From a virus, in IMG/VR virus record IMGVR_UViG_3300032308_002246, positions 96,001-160,000 of that record: a stretch of 64,000 bases of DNA. One strand, written 5' to 3'. The position numbers were made by a program, and so were the translations under genes. This document shows positions 36,530 to 46,136 of the stretch, one piece after another. Within the stretch, counting starts at the first letter, position 1, and every line of letters starts with the position of its first letter. The notes below the pieces were generated by a model, which saw only the letters and a program-made list of their open reading frames with translations, was not told where the DNA came from and searched no databases.

Positions 36530-39500
36530 TGGCTTATAAGAAAATACTCTTTCGCCGCGATACGTCTTCAAATTGGGCTAGCGCAAACCCTATTTTGGCT
36601 GCTGGTGAAATCGGTCTTGAGTCCAACACCAACAAGATAAAACTTGGTAATGGCTCGACTAGATGGAATGCCCTGTCGTATTTTTACGGAAGTCTTGACA
36701 CTACTGGAATTGACGCACTTAGCGACGTAGTCATAACAAGTGCACAAAATGGCGATTTTCTTCGCTGGAACGGAACTGCCTGGGTAAACGACCCGGTCAA
36801 TCTTGGGGATGACACGGTCGGCAGCTTTGTCCAGAACCTTGTTGCTGGAACCGGCGTAACGCTAACCAACAACACTGGCGAAAAGGCTACTCCAACCGTG
36901 GCTATTGGCCAGGCTGTTGCAACTTCATCTTCTGTACAATTTGCCGCAGTTACTGCACCAGTTATCGGTAACGCAAGCACCGCAAGCTCGCTGCAAACAG
37001 CGCGAACAATTCAAGTTAGCGGCGATGTTTCTGGTTCTGCATCTTTTGATGGTTCACAAAACATAAACATCACTTCGGAAATCCAGCCAAACTCGGTAGC
37101 TCTTGGCACTGACACCACTGGTGATTACGTAACCTCACTTGTTGCTGGAACTGGCGTTACCCTTAGCAATAACTCAGGTGAATCAGCATCACCAACTATT
37201 GCAATTGGCCAAGAAGTAGCAACCTCATCATCCGTTACATTTGCTCACATTAATGGAAACGTAACAGGAAATTTGACAGGAAATGCCTCAACCGCTGCTG
37301 CACTACAAACACCTCGAACTATTTCTCTTACTGGTGATTTGTCTGGTTCTGTGTCATTTGATGGTTCAAACAATGTTTCAATTACCACTACGATTGAACC
37401 AAACTCTGTAGCTCTTGGCACCGACACAACCGGAAACTACATGGCCGAAGTTACTGGTGGCACTGGTATAACAGTTACCCACACCCCAGGTGAAGGTTCA
37501 AACGCAACAATATCAATCGGGCAGGCTGTAACAACAGCAGATACACCAACTTTTGCTGGAGCATACCTAGACGCAATAAGAGTCGGTGTTACAAACGCTA
37601 ATACGATTGACACTGCATCTGGTGGTTTGACTCTTGACTCAACTGGTGGAACAACAACTGTTGATGACAACTTGGTAGTTACTGGAACGCTGACAGTATC
37701 TGGTTCTGTTGCATACATAAGCACAACCAACTTAGAAGTTGGAGACAGTGTAATTATTCTTAATCACGATGAAACTGGGTCTCCATCTCAGAACGCCGGT
37801 ATAGAGATTGAACGCGGAACATCAACAAATGTCGTTCTTCATTACAACGAAACTTCTGATGTTTGGGAATTAACCAACAATGGTTCTACTTATTCTCCAA
37901 TCGAAACTACTTCGACAGTAGAAACAAAGATTAAGCAACAGCTGTGGCTTAATGACGTATATGCCGCAACAACTGGCGTGCTTCCAAACTCTCCTACATA
38001 TACCGCTGGCAGCGCAGACGCAAACGGTGGAACTGGTGTTGGAGCAAAACTCACAGCAACAACAAACGGAGAACTATCAATTGACGGCGCTCCAGCCGCT
38101 TTGAACTACCGAGTTCTAGTCAAGGACCAAGCCAACAATTTACACAACGGAATCTACAAAGTAACCGCAGCTGGTTCACCATCTACAACATGGGAACTGA
38201 CAAGAGCAGCAGACTTTGATAACTCAACATTTGGTCAGGTTACTTACGGAAAATCAGTAAGAATAGCGACTGGCGATATAAACATATTGCAAACTTTCAT
38301 CCTCACGTCGTTTGGTACTGTTTACCTAAACGAGCTTGAGGAAATGGTTCACGTAATTGGGACTGACCCAATTTCATGGTCTCAAGCGAGCGGCAAGGCA
38401 GTTCTGATTCCAGGCAATGGTTTGGAAATAACAAACAATGTTCTGGCGCTTCCATCAATCACTCAGTCGAATACAGCATCAACGTCCGGTGGTTTTAATT
38501 TTGTACAGGGCGTAAACGTTGACTCATATGGTCGCTTACTTGGTGTTACAACAAATGATGTTCTTATTGACTTGGGCATAAATACTCAGGGCGACTATGT
38601 ACAAAGCGTCTCTGCTTCAGTTAATACTGGCATTACAGTTTCTGGAACTGGCGAGGGCGCAACTGTATCTGTTGGTTCAAATGCAACTCCAGACAACACA
38701 ATTAACGCAATAGTTATGCGTGATGGAAGCGGAAACTTTATTGCTGGGAACATTACAGCAGAACTGACTGGAAACGCTTCATCAGCGAACACCCTTTATG
38801 CCACACGTTCAATCGGTTTAACCGGAGACCTAAGCGGCTCTGTTTCGTTCGACGGTTCTCAAGATGTTGTTATAAATGCAATAATTGAATCAAACTCAAT
38901 CGCTCTTGGTGGTGACACAACTGGCGACTATGTAAGCACGATTACTCAGGGCACTGGTGTAACGGTGACTGGCGGTACTGGTGAGACATCAACGCCAACA
39001 ATCGCAATTGGTCAAGATGTTGGCACCAGCTCTTCCGTAACTTTCGCACAAGTTAATGCACTTCTTGTCGGAAACGTAAATGGAAACGTAACTGGGAATG
39101 TCACTGGAAACGTTAATGGAAACGTCACTGGAACCCTAACTGGAAATGTTTTTGGAAATGTTACTGGTAGTTCTGGAACCGTAACCTCAATAGGCACGCA
39201 TGGACTGGATGCGCTTTCAGACGTAACTGCTCCGTCGCCAGCATCGGGCGAGTTCTTGAAATGGAACGGCTCTGCTTGGGTGCCAGATGTAATCGATTTG
39301 TCAACAGACACAAGTGGAAACTTTGTTTCCTCAATCAATGCTGGAACTGGTGTTTCGCTTACGAACGGTGTTGCCCAAGAAGCTGGAACACCAACCATAA
39401 ACATTGGTCAGGCTATAGGCACAACAAATTCACCGTCGTTTGCAAACCTTTCAGTAGGTAATGCACAGGTAAACGCAACAAATCTTACCTATAGCGGTGG

Positions 39501-40656
39501 CACCAACCTTGCTACAGTAACCGCCATTGACCACGGTCTTGCCATTGGGGCAAGGATAACGGTATCAGGAGCGACTCAAACTGGATACAACGGAACATAT
39601 TCAATCGTTTCGGTTCCAACTTCTTCAACATTTACATACCAACCAGCAGTTGGTCCATCTGCAAACATAGCCTCTGGCACATATTTGGTTTATGTTGCTG
39701 GCGCTATAACTTTTGAAGGTTCAACTGATGACTCGTTTGAAACAACGATTGTTGCTACAGACCCAACGGCAGACAGAATTATTTCTTTGCCAGATGCGAC
39801 AACTCAATTAGTTGGTAGAGACACAACAGATACTCTTACGAACAAAACTCTAACAAGCCCAACTATCACTGGTGTATCACCAGTAATCACTTTGGGTGGA
39901 GATTTGAGTGGTTCAGCTACATTCACAGACCTTGGCAACGCAACGCTTACAGCGACAATCGCTGCAAACTCTGTGGCTCTTGGAACAGATACAACCGGTA
40001 GCTACGTTGAAAGCCTTGTACAGGGTACTGGTGTTACAATCATCAACAACTCAGGCGAAAGTGCAACACCGACAATCTCCATTGGTCAGGCAGTTGGGAC
40101 CAGTGCATGCGTTCAGTTTGACACTTTGACTGTAACAAACCTGTTTGCAACAAACAGCCAGTCAAGCAATGCGTCTGAGCTGAATGTTTCGGACAGCAAG
40201 ATTGTTTTGAATGCAGGAACTACTGGCGCTCCAACGGTTAATGGTTCTATCATCATTGATAGAGGCTCAAGTGCAAGCGTTGAAATTCGATGGAACGAAA
40301 CCAGTGACAGATGGGAAGCAACATCTGACGGCACGACATACACTCAAATAGCTGCTGGCGCAAAAATGACCATTGGAGAAACACCTCCTTCGTCGCCAGC
40401 AAATGGTGACTTCTGGTTTGAGTCGGACTCCGCTATCACGTTCGTTTATTACGACTCGTACTGGGTTCAAATTGGTTCATCCGGAATTGGTGCTGTAACA
40501 ACGGCATCCGCTCCATCTAACCCTGCAAACGGCCAAATATGGTTCAATAGCACAACCGACGAAATGTATGTTTATTATGACGGCGCATGGGTCCTGGTAA
40601 ATAGCGCAACTAACACCAGTGACATAGAAATTGCGTCTATCATGGGAGCGTATTAA
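36529..40656 (+). CDS. Long tail fibre with Mtd-N / hyaluronidase-N-like N-terminus
   Basis: RRDTSSNWASANPILAAGEIGLE...KLGNG...WNAL; LGTDTTG modules; GNVT repeats; RVLVKDQ...NGIY domain. Confidence 0.85.
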   Translation: MAYKKILFRRDTSSNWASANPILAAGEIGLESNTNKIKLGNGSTRWNALSYFYGSLDTTGIDALSDVVITSAQNGDFLRWNGTAWVNDPVNLGDDTVGSFVQNLVAGTGVTLTNNTGEKATPTVAIGQAVATSSSVQFAAVTAPVIGNASTASSLQTARTIQVSGDVSGSASFDGSQNINITSEIQPNSVALGTDTTGDYVTSLVAGTGVTLSNNSGESASPTIAIGQEVATSSSVTFAHINGNVTGNLTGNASTAAALQTPRTISLTGDLSGSVSFDGSNNVSITTTIEPNSVALGTDTTGNYMAEVTGGTGITVTHTPGEGSNATISIGQAVTTADTPTFAGAYLDAIRVGVTNANTIDTASGGLTLDSTGGTTTVDDNLVVTGTLTVSGSVAYISTTNLEVGDSVIILNHDETGSPSQNAGIEIERGTSTNVVLHYNETSDVWELTNNGSTYSPIETTSTVETKIKQQLWLNDVYAATTGVLPNSPTYTAGSADANGGTGVGAKLTATTNGELSIDGAPAALNYRVLVKDQANNLHNGIYKVTAAGSPSTTWELTRAADFDNSTFGQVTYGKSVRIATGDINILQTFILTSFGTVYLNELEEMVHVIGTDPISWSQASGKAVLIPGNGLEITNNVLALPSITQSNTASTSGGFNFVQGVNVDSYGRLLGVTTNDVLIDLGINTQGDYVQSVSASVNTGITVSGTGEGATVSVGSNATPDNTINAIVMRDGSGNFIAGNITAELTGNASSANTLYATRSIGLTGDLSGSVSFDGSQDVVINAIIESNSIALGGDTTGDYVSTITQGTGVTVTGGTGETSTPTIAIGQDVGTSSSVTFAQVNALLVGNVNGNVTGNVTGNVNGNVTGTLTGNVFGNVTGSSGTVTSIGTHGLDALSDVTAPSPASGEFLKWNGSAWVPDVIDLSTDTSGNFVSSINAGTGVSLTNGVAQEAGTPTINIGQAIGTTNSPSFANLSVGNAQVNATNLTYSGGTNLATVTAIDHGLAIGARITVSGATQTGYNGTYSIVSVPTSSTFTYQPAVGPSANIASGTYLVYVAGAITFEGSTDDSFETTIVATDPTADRIISLPDATTQLVGRDTTDTLTNKTLTSPTITGVSPVITLGGDLSGSATFTDLGNATLTATIAANSVALGTDTTGSYVESLVQGTGVTIINNSGESATPTISIGQAVGTSACVQFDTLTVTNLFATNSQSSNASELNVSDSKIVLNAGTTGAPTVNGSIIIDRGSSASVEIRWNETSDRWEATSDGTTYTQIAAGAKMTIGETPPSSPANGDFWFESDSAITFVYYDSYWVQIGSSGIGAVTTASAPSNPANGQIWFNSTTDEMYVYYDGAWVLVNSATNTSDIEIASIMGAY

Positions 40657-40672
40657 ATGACTGGAGCAATCA

Positions 40673-40978
40673 ATGGCTAATTCAGCTAAAGCACTATTTA
40701 GAGGCGCCGCTACGACAAATACAAGCACGACTCTTTACACCGTGCCATCCTCGACTACAACGATAGTGACGAACATAATTGTCACAAATACGGCTGCAAC
40801 GGATGGAACTTTTACGCTGTCGCTAGACGATGTTGCACTTGCATCTGCCGTAGTGGTTCCAGCAAAGGGTATTTTCACCCTTGACATCAAACAGGTTTTA
40901 GCTACAACAGAAACAATTAAGGGTGGCGCTAATGCCACCTCTATCAGCTTCCACATCAGTGGAATGGAGATTGCATAA
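40673..40978 (+). CDS. Small virion structural protein
   Basis: TTLYTVPSSTTTIVTNIIVTN...FHISGMEI family pattern, often found next to fibres. Confidence 0.7.
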   Translation: MANSAKALFRGAATTNTSTTLYTVPSSTTTIVTNIIVTNTAATDGTFTLSLDDVALASAVVVPAKGIFTLDIKQVLATTETIKGGANATSISFHISGMEIA

Positions 40979-43734
40979 TGGCAGCAAACCAAATCCCTGC
41001 AGGTCTGACACCAATAACACCTGAAGAGGTGTTGATTGACCCAGTCCAAAAGCTACGCATCTCTCAGCCTCAGGCGCTGATTGACACCGACTTTGAATAT
41101 GGTACCCAGATTTCAAAGTGGGAAAACCATATAAATGTTGGAGCTCGACCATTCGTTTTTGACACAGCTTCGCCAATTTCGGGCATAACCGCAATTACAA
41201 TGAGCACTTCTTCAAGAACTGTAACCGTGTCACTTCCAAGCACTGCAGGCATTGCTGTTGGAACTCCAATTTCGGTAAGAGACACATACCTTGCTATTGC
41301 AAACGGCAACTACTTGGTTGAGTCTGTTACATCAAACACTTCGTTTACATACACAGGCAAAGCCGTGAACACTGGCTCAGTTACATCAATTCTTGATGCA
41401 AACAAGACGTTAATTTTTACTGGTTCACTTTATTCTGGTGCTCAAATCGGTGGAGCTCCAACTGTTTCATACTCTGGAAACGCAGTTACCGTAACAACAA
41501 CAATCCCCCACGGTTTGTCTCTTGGTAATGAAGTAGCCATCACGGGTATAACAACTTCGGGAACAAACCCTCCAAACGGTTCAAACTTCGTTGCAAGAAT
41601 TATCAGCGCAACTCAATTTGTTGTTTATGTTCCGGCAACACCAACAGGAACACTGACGGCAACTTCTGCTGCTGTATATGTCGTTCCGTCTGGTCAGTTT
41701 TTGCACAGACCATTTGACGGCGGTGTTATCTTCACGAATAACGGCACTTCAAACTATGAATCAGCAATTCGTCAAACTCGTCGTTACTTCCGTTACCAGT
41801 CAGGTAAGGGTATCCAGATGTCATCTGGAACTCTGTTGAAGCCAGCTCTACAGGTTGACTCATTGACTTATTCAGCCGGAACCGGTCTCGTAACTGTACA
41901 GACAAAAGAAAAGCACAACCTCTATCCAGGTTCCGTAATCGTTACTTTTGGCGCGACAGAAGCTGGGTACAACGGTACTTTCTCTGTTTACACAATCACT
42001 GGTTATAACACCTTTACATACACCCCTCAATCAACGCCATCAGCAGCAACCGCTTCTGGGCCATACTACATAACCGTTACTGGATGGTATGGTAATGAAA
42101 ACCGACTCGGATTGTTTGATGACCAAAACGGAGTGTTCTTTGAGTTTGACGGTCAGACACTTTACGCAGTTAAGCGCTCATCAACTTTCCAAATTTCTGG
42201 CAAAGTAACGGCCACACTTGGTTCTTGCACCATTACTCAAACAAATGCTGCATTCCCGACAAGATTTTCAAAACAACTTGTCATCGGAGACAGAATTGTT
42301 CTCCGTGGAGCGTCTTACAGAATTACAGACATAGCAAGCGACACCTCAATGACGATTAGTCCTGCGTATCGTGGAGCAACAACCGACTACGTAATCTGCT
42401 CAAGAACCGTAGACGAAAGATACGCACAATCAGAGTGGAACCTTGACAAGCTTGATGGAACCGGAGCATCTGGTTATAACGTCGACCTTTCCAAGATGCA
42501 AATGTTCTATATTGACTACTCTTGGTATGGAGCTGGCGCTATCCGCTGGGGTATGCGTGCAACAAATGGCAAGGTAACTTACTGCCACAAGATTGCCAAC
42601 AACAACACCAACTCTGAAGCGTACATGCGTTCGGGAAACCTTCCAGCAAGATACGAGACGGTTTCGAATCCTCCGTTTACATACATGGCAGCATCGCTTG
42701 CAAATAATGGTGTAACCATGACAGTAAACAGCACAGCTGGGTTTCCTAACTCTGGGACTCTTGCGTGTTTCAACCAGACACATGGTTACGAATACATCAA
42801 CTACACAGGCAAAACAGCAACCACGTTCACTGGTTTGACAAGACAGCAAACAGGAAACGCTTCACTAGCTTTAACAATTGCAGCTGGGTCAAATGATGGA
42901 ACCGTAGCTTCGACTTCTGGTCTCCAGGTTGGACAAAGAGTTAGCGCAACCGCTGTTCCAGACGGAACATTTATCCAGGAAATCAATGGATTGAATGTCA
43001 AGTTGAGTGCTGCGGTGACCGGTGCTAACCCAACGGTGAACGTAATCCCAATGGGAACAAACGCTGCAATCGCTTGGACCTACTCAGCAACAAACCCAAT
43101 CGGTGTTGAACTTGCTTTCCCAACATATGCTCCATCCATTTCTCACTGGGGTACTTCAGCAATCATGGACGGCCGTTACGACGATGATAAGTCGCTCGTG
43201 TTCACATACGGTTCGGCTTCGGCTGTTACTGTAGCTGCTGGCGCAACGAACGCTCTTCTTGCAATCAGAGTTGCTCCTTCAGCGGATAACGGTACTTCTG
43301 CAGCATTTGGCGAAAGAGAACTTATCAACAGAATGCAGTTGGTTCTACGAGCATTGGACGTAACAACAACAACGGCTTCGGCAAACTTGTTGATTACTGC
43401 TGTGCTAAACGGTGTTCCTTCGGGAGCTAGAACATGGGCCAAGCCATACACTGTTACTTCGTCACTTGCTCAAGTAGCAGACTATGGTGGTACAACAACA
43501 ACTGTTTCTGGTGGTGAAGTGACTGGTGGTTTCTTTGTAGGCACTGGTGCAAACTCTATTGACCTTGCAGCAGTTAGAGACCTTGGTAACTCAATTCTTG
43601 GAGGCGGTGGAACGACGACGACGGCTGGCATCTATCCAGACGGTCCAGACGTCATTCACGTTCTCGTGCGTAACCTCGGTGCCGCATCGGTAACCGTGTT
43701 CGCTCGTCTCTCATGGACTGAAGCACAGGCTTAA
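40978..43734 (+). CDS. Large virion structural protein (918 aa)
   Basis: KLRISQPQALIDTDFEYG, RQTRRYFRYQSGKG, IDYSWYGAG motifs; three HGL-type beta domains. Confidence 0.75.
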   Translation: MAANQIPAGLTPITPEEVLIDPVQKLRISQPQALIDTDFEYGTQISKWENHINVGARPFVFDTASPISGITAITMSTSSRTVTVSLPSTAGIAVGTPISVRDTYLAIANGNYLVESVTSNTSFTYTGKAVNTGSVTSILDANKTLIFTGSLYSGAQIGGAPTVSYSGNAVTVTTTIPHGLSLGNEVAITGITTSGTNPPNGSNFVARIISATQFVVYVPATPTGTLTATSAAVYVVPSGQFLHRPFDGGVIFTNNGTSNYESAIRQTRRYFRYQSGKGIQMSSGTLLKPALQVDSLTYSAGTGLVTVQTKEKHNLYPGSVIVTFGATEAGYNGTFSVYTITGYNTFTYTPQSTPSAATASGPYYITVTGWYGNENRLGLFDDQNGVFFEFDGQTLYAVKRSSTFQISGKVTATLGSCTITQTNAAFPTRFSKQLVIGDRIVLRGASYRITDIASDTSMTISPAYRGATTDYVICSRTVDERYAQSEWNLDKLDGTGASGYNVDLSKMQMFYIDYSWYGAGAIRWGMRATNGKVTYCHKIANNNTNSEAYMRSGNLPARYETVSNPPFTYMAASLANNGVTMTVNSTAGFPNSGTLACFNQTHGYEYINYTGKTATTFTGLTRQQTGNASLALTIAAGSNDGTVASTSGLQVGQRVSATAVPDGTFIQEINGLNVKLSAAVTGANPTVNVIPMGTNAAIAWTYSATNPIGVELAFPTYAPSISHWGTSAIMDGRYDDDKSLVFTYGSASAVTVAAGATNALLAIRVAPSADNGTSAAFGERELINRMQLVLRALDVTTTTASANLLITAVLNGVPSGARTWAKPYTVTSSLAQVADYGGTTTTVSGGEVTGGFFVGTGANSIDLAAVRDLGNSILGGGGTTTTAGIYPDGPDVIHVLVRNLGAASVTVFARLSWTEAQA

Positions 43735-43736
43735 TC

Positions 43737-44516
43737 ATGGCAGCGATTGACTTCCCAGCAGATGCTCAATCCGGCGACCAGCACGTAAGCGCTGGCAAGA
43801 CCTGGACATATAACGGTTCTGGTTGGGTGCTAGTAACTATCCCGACAGCAATGTTTACAGCAGACTCGGTAAGCGGCTCGTCTCTTGTTGATGGAACCGT
43901 TGGGTTGCAAAAAATATTTAACGAAGGAGCAGGTCAGATAATCGTTTTTAACGGTTCTGGAGTTGCAACTGCAGTTGACTCAACTGGCGATGTGGTGATA
44001 AACGCTTCCGGTGTTTCTGCTATTTCTGCAGGAGCAATTGTTAATGCTGACGTAAATGCTTCTGCGGCAATCGATAAAACAAAGATTGCTGGAACAGCGG
44101 TTGTTCTTACGGACTCGTCTGTAGTCACCTCGACAATGATTGCTGACTCAACAATCGTTGATGGCGACATCAGTGCTACAGCAAATATTGCTCAGGGAAA
44201 AATCGCAGATATCTTGACAAACGCGCAAGCCGCAAGCTACACACTTGTACTCGCCGACAAGAATAAGATTGTCGAAATGGGTGTTGGTTCCGCAAACGAC
44301 TTGACCGTCCCCCCAAACTCATCAGTGGCCTTTCCAATCGGCAGCCAAATTCAGGTTCTCCAGACAGGGACTGGTAAGACAAGAATTTTGGCAGGCGCTG
44401 GTGTCACCGTGAACGCAACTCCAGGAGTGTTCATGAGGGCGCAGTGGTCAGCTGTTACGCTACTAAAGAGAGCATCAGATACTTGGGTGGCAACGGGAGA
44501 CCTTTCGGCTTCATAA
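43737..44516 (+). CDS. Short fibre protein with C-terminal cap domain (cassette 2)
   Basis: IVNADV/IVDGDI repeats; YTLVLADKNK...ANDLTVPP...GTGKTRILAGAGVT...WVATGDLSAS. Confidence 0.8.
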   Translation: MAAIDFPADAQSGDQHVSAGKTWTYNGSGWVLVTIPTAMFTADSVSGSSLVDGTVGLQKIFNEGAGQIIVFNGSGVATAVDSTGDVVINASGVSAISAGAIVNADVNASAAIDKTKIAGTAVVLTDSSVVTSTMIADSTIVDGDISATANIAQGKIADILTNAQAASYTLVLADKNKIVEMGVGSANDLTVPPNSSVAFPIGSQIQVLQTGTGKTRILAGAGVTVNATPGVFMRAQWSAVTLLKRASDTWVATGDLSAS

Positions 44517-44519
44517 CTT

Positions 44520-45554
44520 ATGGCAGTTTCAAGCAACAACCAAATCGATTCTGGAGGTAAAGCCCCTTCAGCGCCAACGATTGGTACCCCACTGCTTGCA
44601 ACAGGAACTTCAGCAAGCGTAGTTTTCACCCCATCGACATATATTGGTAAAGGCACAGTAACCTACAGAGCCGCTGCAGACTCCGGTCAAACTGCTACTG
44701 GTAATAGCAGCCCAATTGTTATCACTGGGTTGACGCAGGGTTCAACAAGAACATTTACTGTTACGGCTGTTTCGTCAAACGGAGTTGAAACATCTTCCGA
44801 AGTAAGTGCCTCGCTGGTTATGGGAGTTGGTCCATCTGCACCAACAATCGGAACAGCAGTCATAGTTCAGAACGTGGACAGAGCAATTGATGTTCCGTAC
44901 ACCGCAGGAGCAACTGGGACAAACCCAACAGTAACCTATACGGCAACATCAAGTCCTAGTGGATTAACCGCTACCGGTGCAAGCCCAATACGCATAACTG
45001 GACTCACGGCAGGAACCGCATACACATTTACGGTTTCAGCTTCTACGGAATTTGGAACTGCAACTTCCGCCGCTTCCAACTCGGTGACAGCTGGAAATAG
45101 ACCTGGTGCTCCGACTATTGGTACCGCTACTGGCGGAAACGCTCAAGCGACTGTCACATACACCGCAGGAGCTGCTGGGACGGGCGCTACGACATTTACG
45201 GCCATTTCATCTCCAGGGAACGTTCAGGCCTCTGGAGCGTCTCCTATCACCGTTACAGGCCTCACCAACGGCCAAGCATACACTTTCACTGTAAGAGCAA
45301 CCAACTCCTATGGATTTCAGACCTCTGGGTCTTCAAACTCCGTAACACCAGTTGCCCCTCCGTACTTCCCACCGTTCTTTCCGCCGTTTTTCCCACCTTA
45401 CTTTCCGCCGTTTTTCCCACCATTTTTCCCTCCGTATTTCCCACCATTCTTTCCTCCTTTCTTTCCTCCTTATTTCCCACCCTTCTTCCCGCCTTTCTTT
45501 CCACCATTCTTTCCGCCATTCTTCCCGCCGTACTTCCCTCCGAGGTTCAAGTAG
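44520..45554 (+). CDS. Triple-FN3 protein with (PP[F/Y]F)15 C-terminal tail
   Basis: Three P[SG]APTIGT...SPI.ITGLT.G..[Y/R]TFTV FN3 units followed by the tetrapeptide repeat. Confidence 0.9.
   Translation: MAVSSNNQIDSGGKAPSAPTIGTPLLATGTSASVVFTPSTYIGKGTVTYRAAADSGQTATGNSSPIVITGLTQGSTRTFTVTAVSSNGVETSSEVSASLVMGVGPSAPTIGTAVIVQNVDRAIDVPYTAGATGTNPTVTYTATSSPSGLTATGASPIRITGLTAGTAYTFTVSASTEFGTATSAASNSVTAGNRPGAPTIGTATGGNAQATVTYTAGAAGTGATTFTAISSPGNVQASGASPITVTGLTNGQAYTFTVRATNSYGFQTSGSSNSVTPVAPPYFPPFFPPFFPPYFPPFFPPFFPPYFPPFFPPFFPPYFPPFFPPFFPPFFPPFFPPYFPPRFK
45357..45548 (+). repeat. 12-bp coding tandem repeat, 16 units (PPYF/PPFF, last unit PPRF)
   Basis: Read directly: CCN CCN TWY TTY units with varied synonymous codons. 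Confidence 0.95.
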
Positions 45555-45557
45555 AAA

Positions 45558-46136
45558 ATGAAATCAATTTATGACATTGACTTGAAGTCATGGGATGGCG
45601 AACGAGATGTCCTCAAAGACTGTGAAGGTAAAGTCACACTAATAATCAATACAACTGGTCATTGTGGAAATGCGCCACAGTTTGGGATTATTGAGGGTCT
45701 TTACCAAAAGTACAAAGACCTTGGATTCAATGTTGTCGCTGTTCCTACAAATGACTTTTGCGGCAATGGAGTCACTTACGGAGAATACGCAGACGGCGTA
45801 AAAGATGCAAAGCACGCTCGAGATTATGGTGTCAATGAATGGAACGCTTCGTTTGATTTTTCGGAGCTAGTTGTATCTTGGCATGAAAAGCTAGAGGAAA
45901 AGCAAAATACCCCCCATGAGCTTTACCAAAATCTTATGACCAATGAGGAAAAAAGACTAAAGCAAGACATGACTGGGAACTTTGAAAAGTTTTTAATCAA
46001 CAAAAAAGGAGAAAGAGTAGCAAGACTCACCAACGGTGTACTACTTGAATATGCGTACAATGACGGTTATTGCGAGTCTCCAGAAGTTGAGCTTGAAAAA
46101 CTATCTAAAATGATTGAAGACGAGTTGGCAAAATGA
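45558..46136 (+). CDS. Glutathione peroxidase family protein (Cys type)
   Basis: GKVTLIINTTGHCGNAPQF...VVAVPTNDF...NFEKFLINKKG. Confidence 0.88.
   Translation: MKSIYDIDLKSWDGERDVLKDCEGKVTLIINTTGHCGNAPQFGIIEGLYQKYKDLGFNVVAVPTNDFCGNGVTYGEYADGVKDAKHARDYGVNEWNASFDFSELVVSWHEKLEEKQNTPHELYQNLMTNEEKRLKQDMTGNFEKFLINKKGERVARLTNGVLLEYAYNDGYCESPEVELEKLSKMIEDELAK

Noticed and set aside
36529-36700. Mtd-like N-terminus suggesting a diversity-generating retroelement
   Set aside because: No reverse transcriptase and no TR/VR pair with adenine-specific mismatches seen in this window.
39070-39170. GNVT/GNVN 12-bp repeats as a separate element
   Set aside because: Common low-complexity fibre shaft motif inside the CDS.
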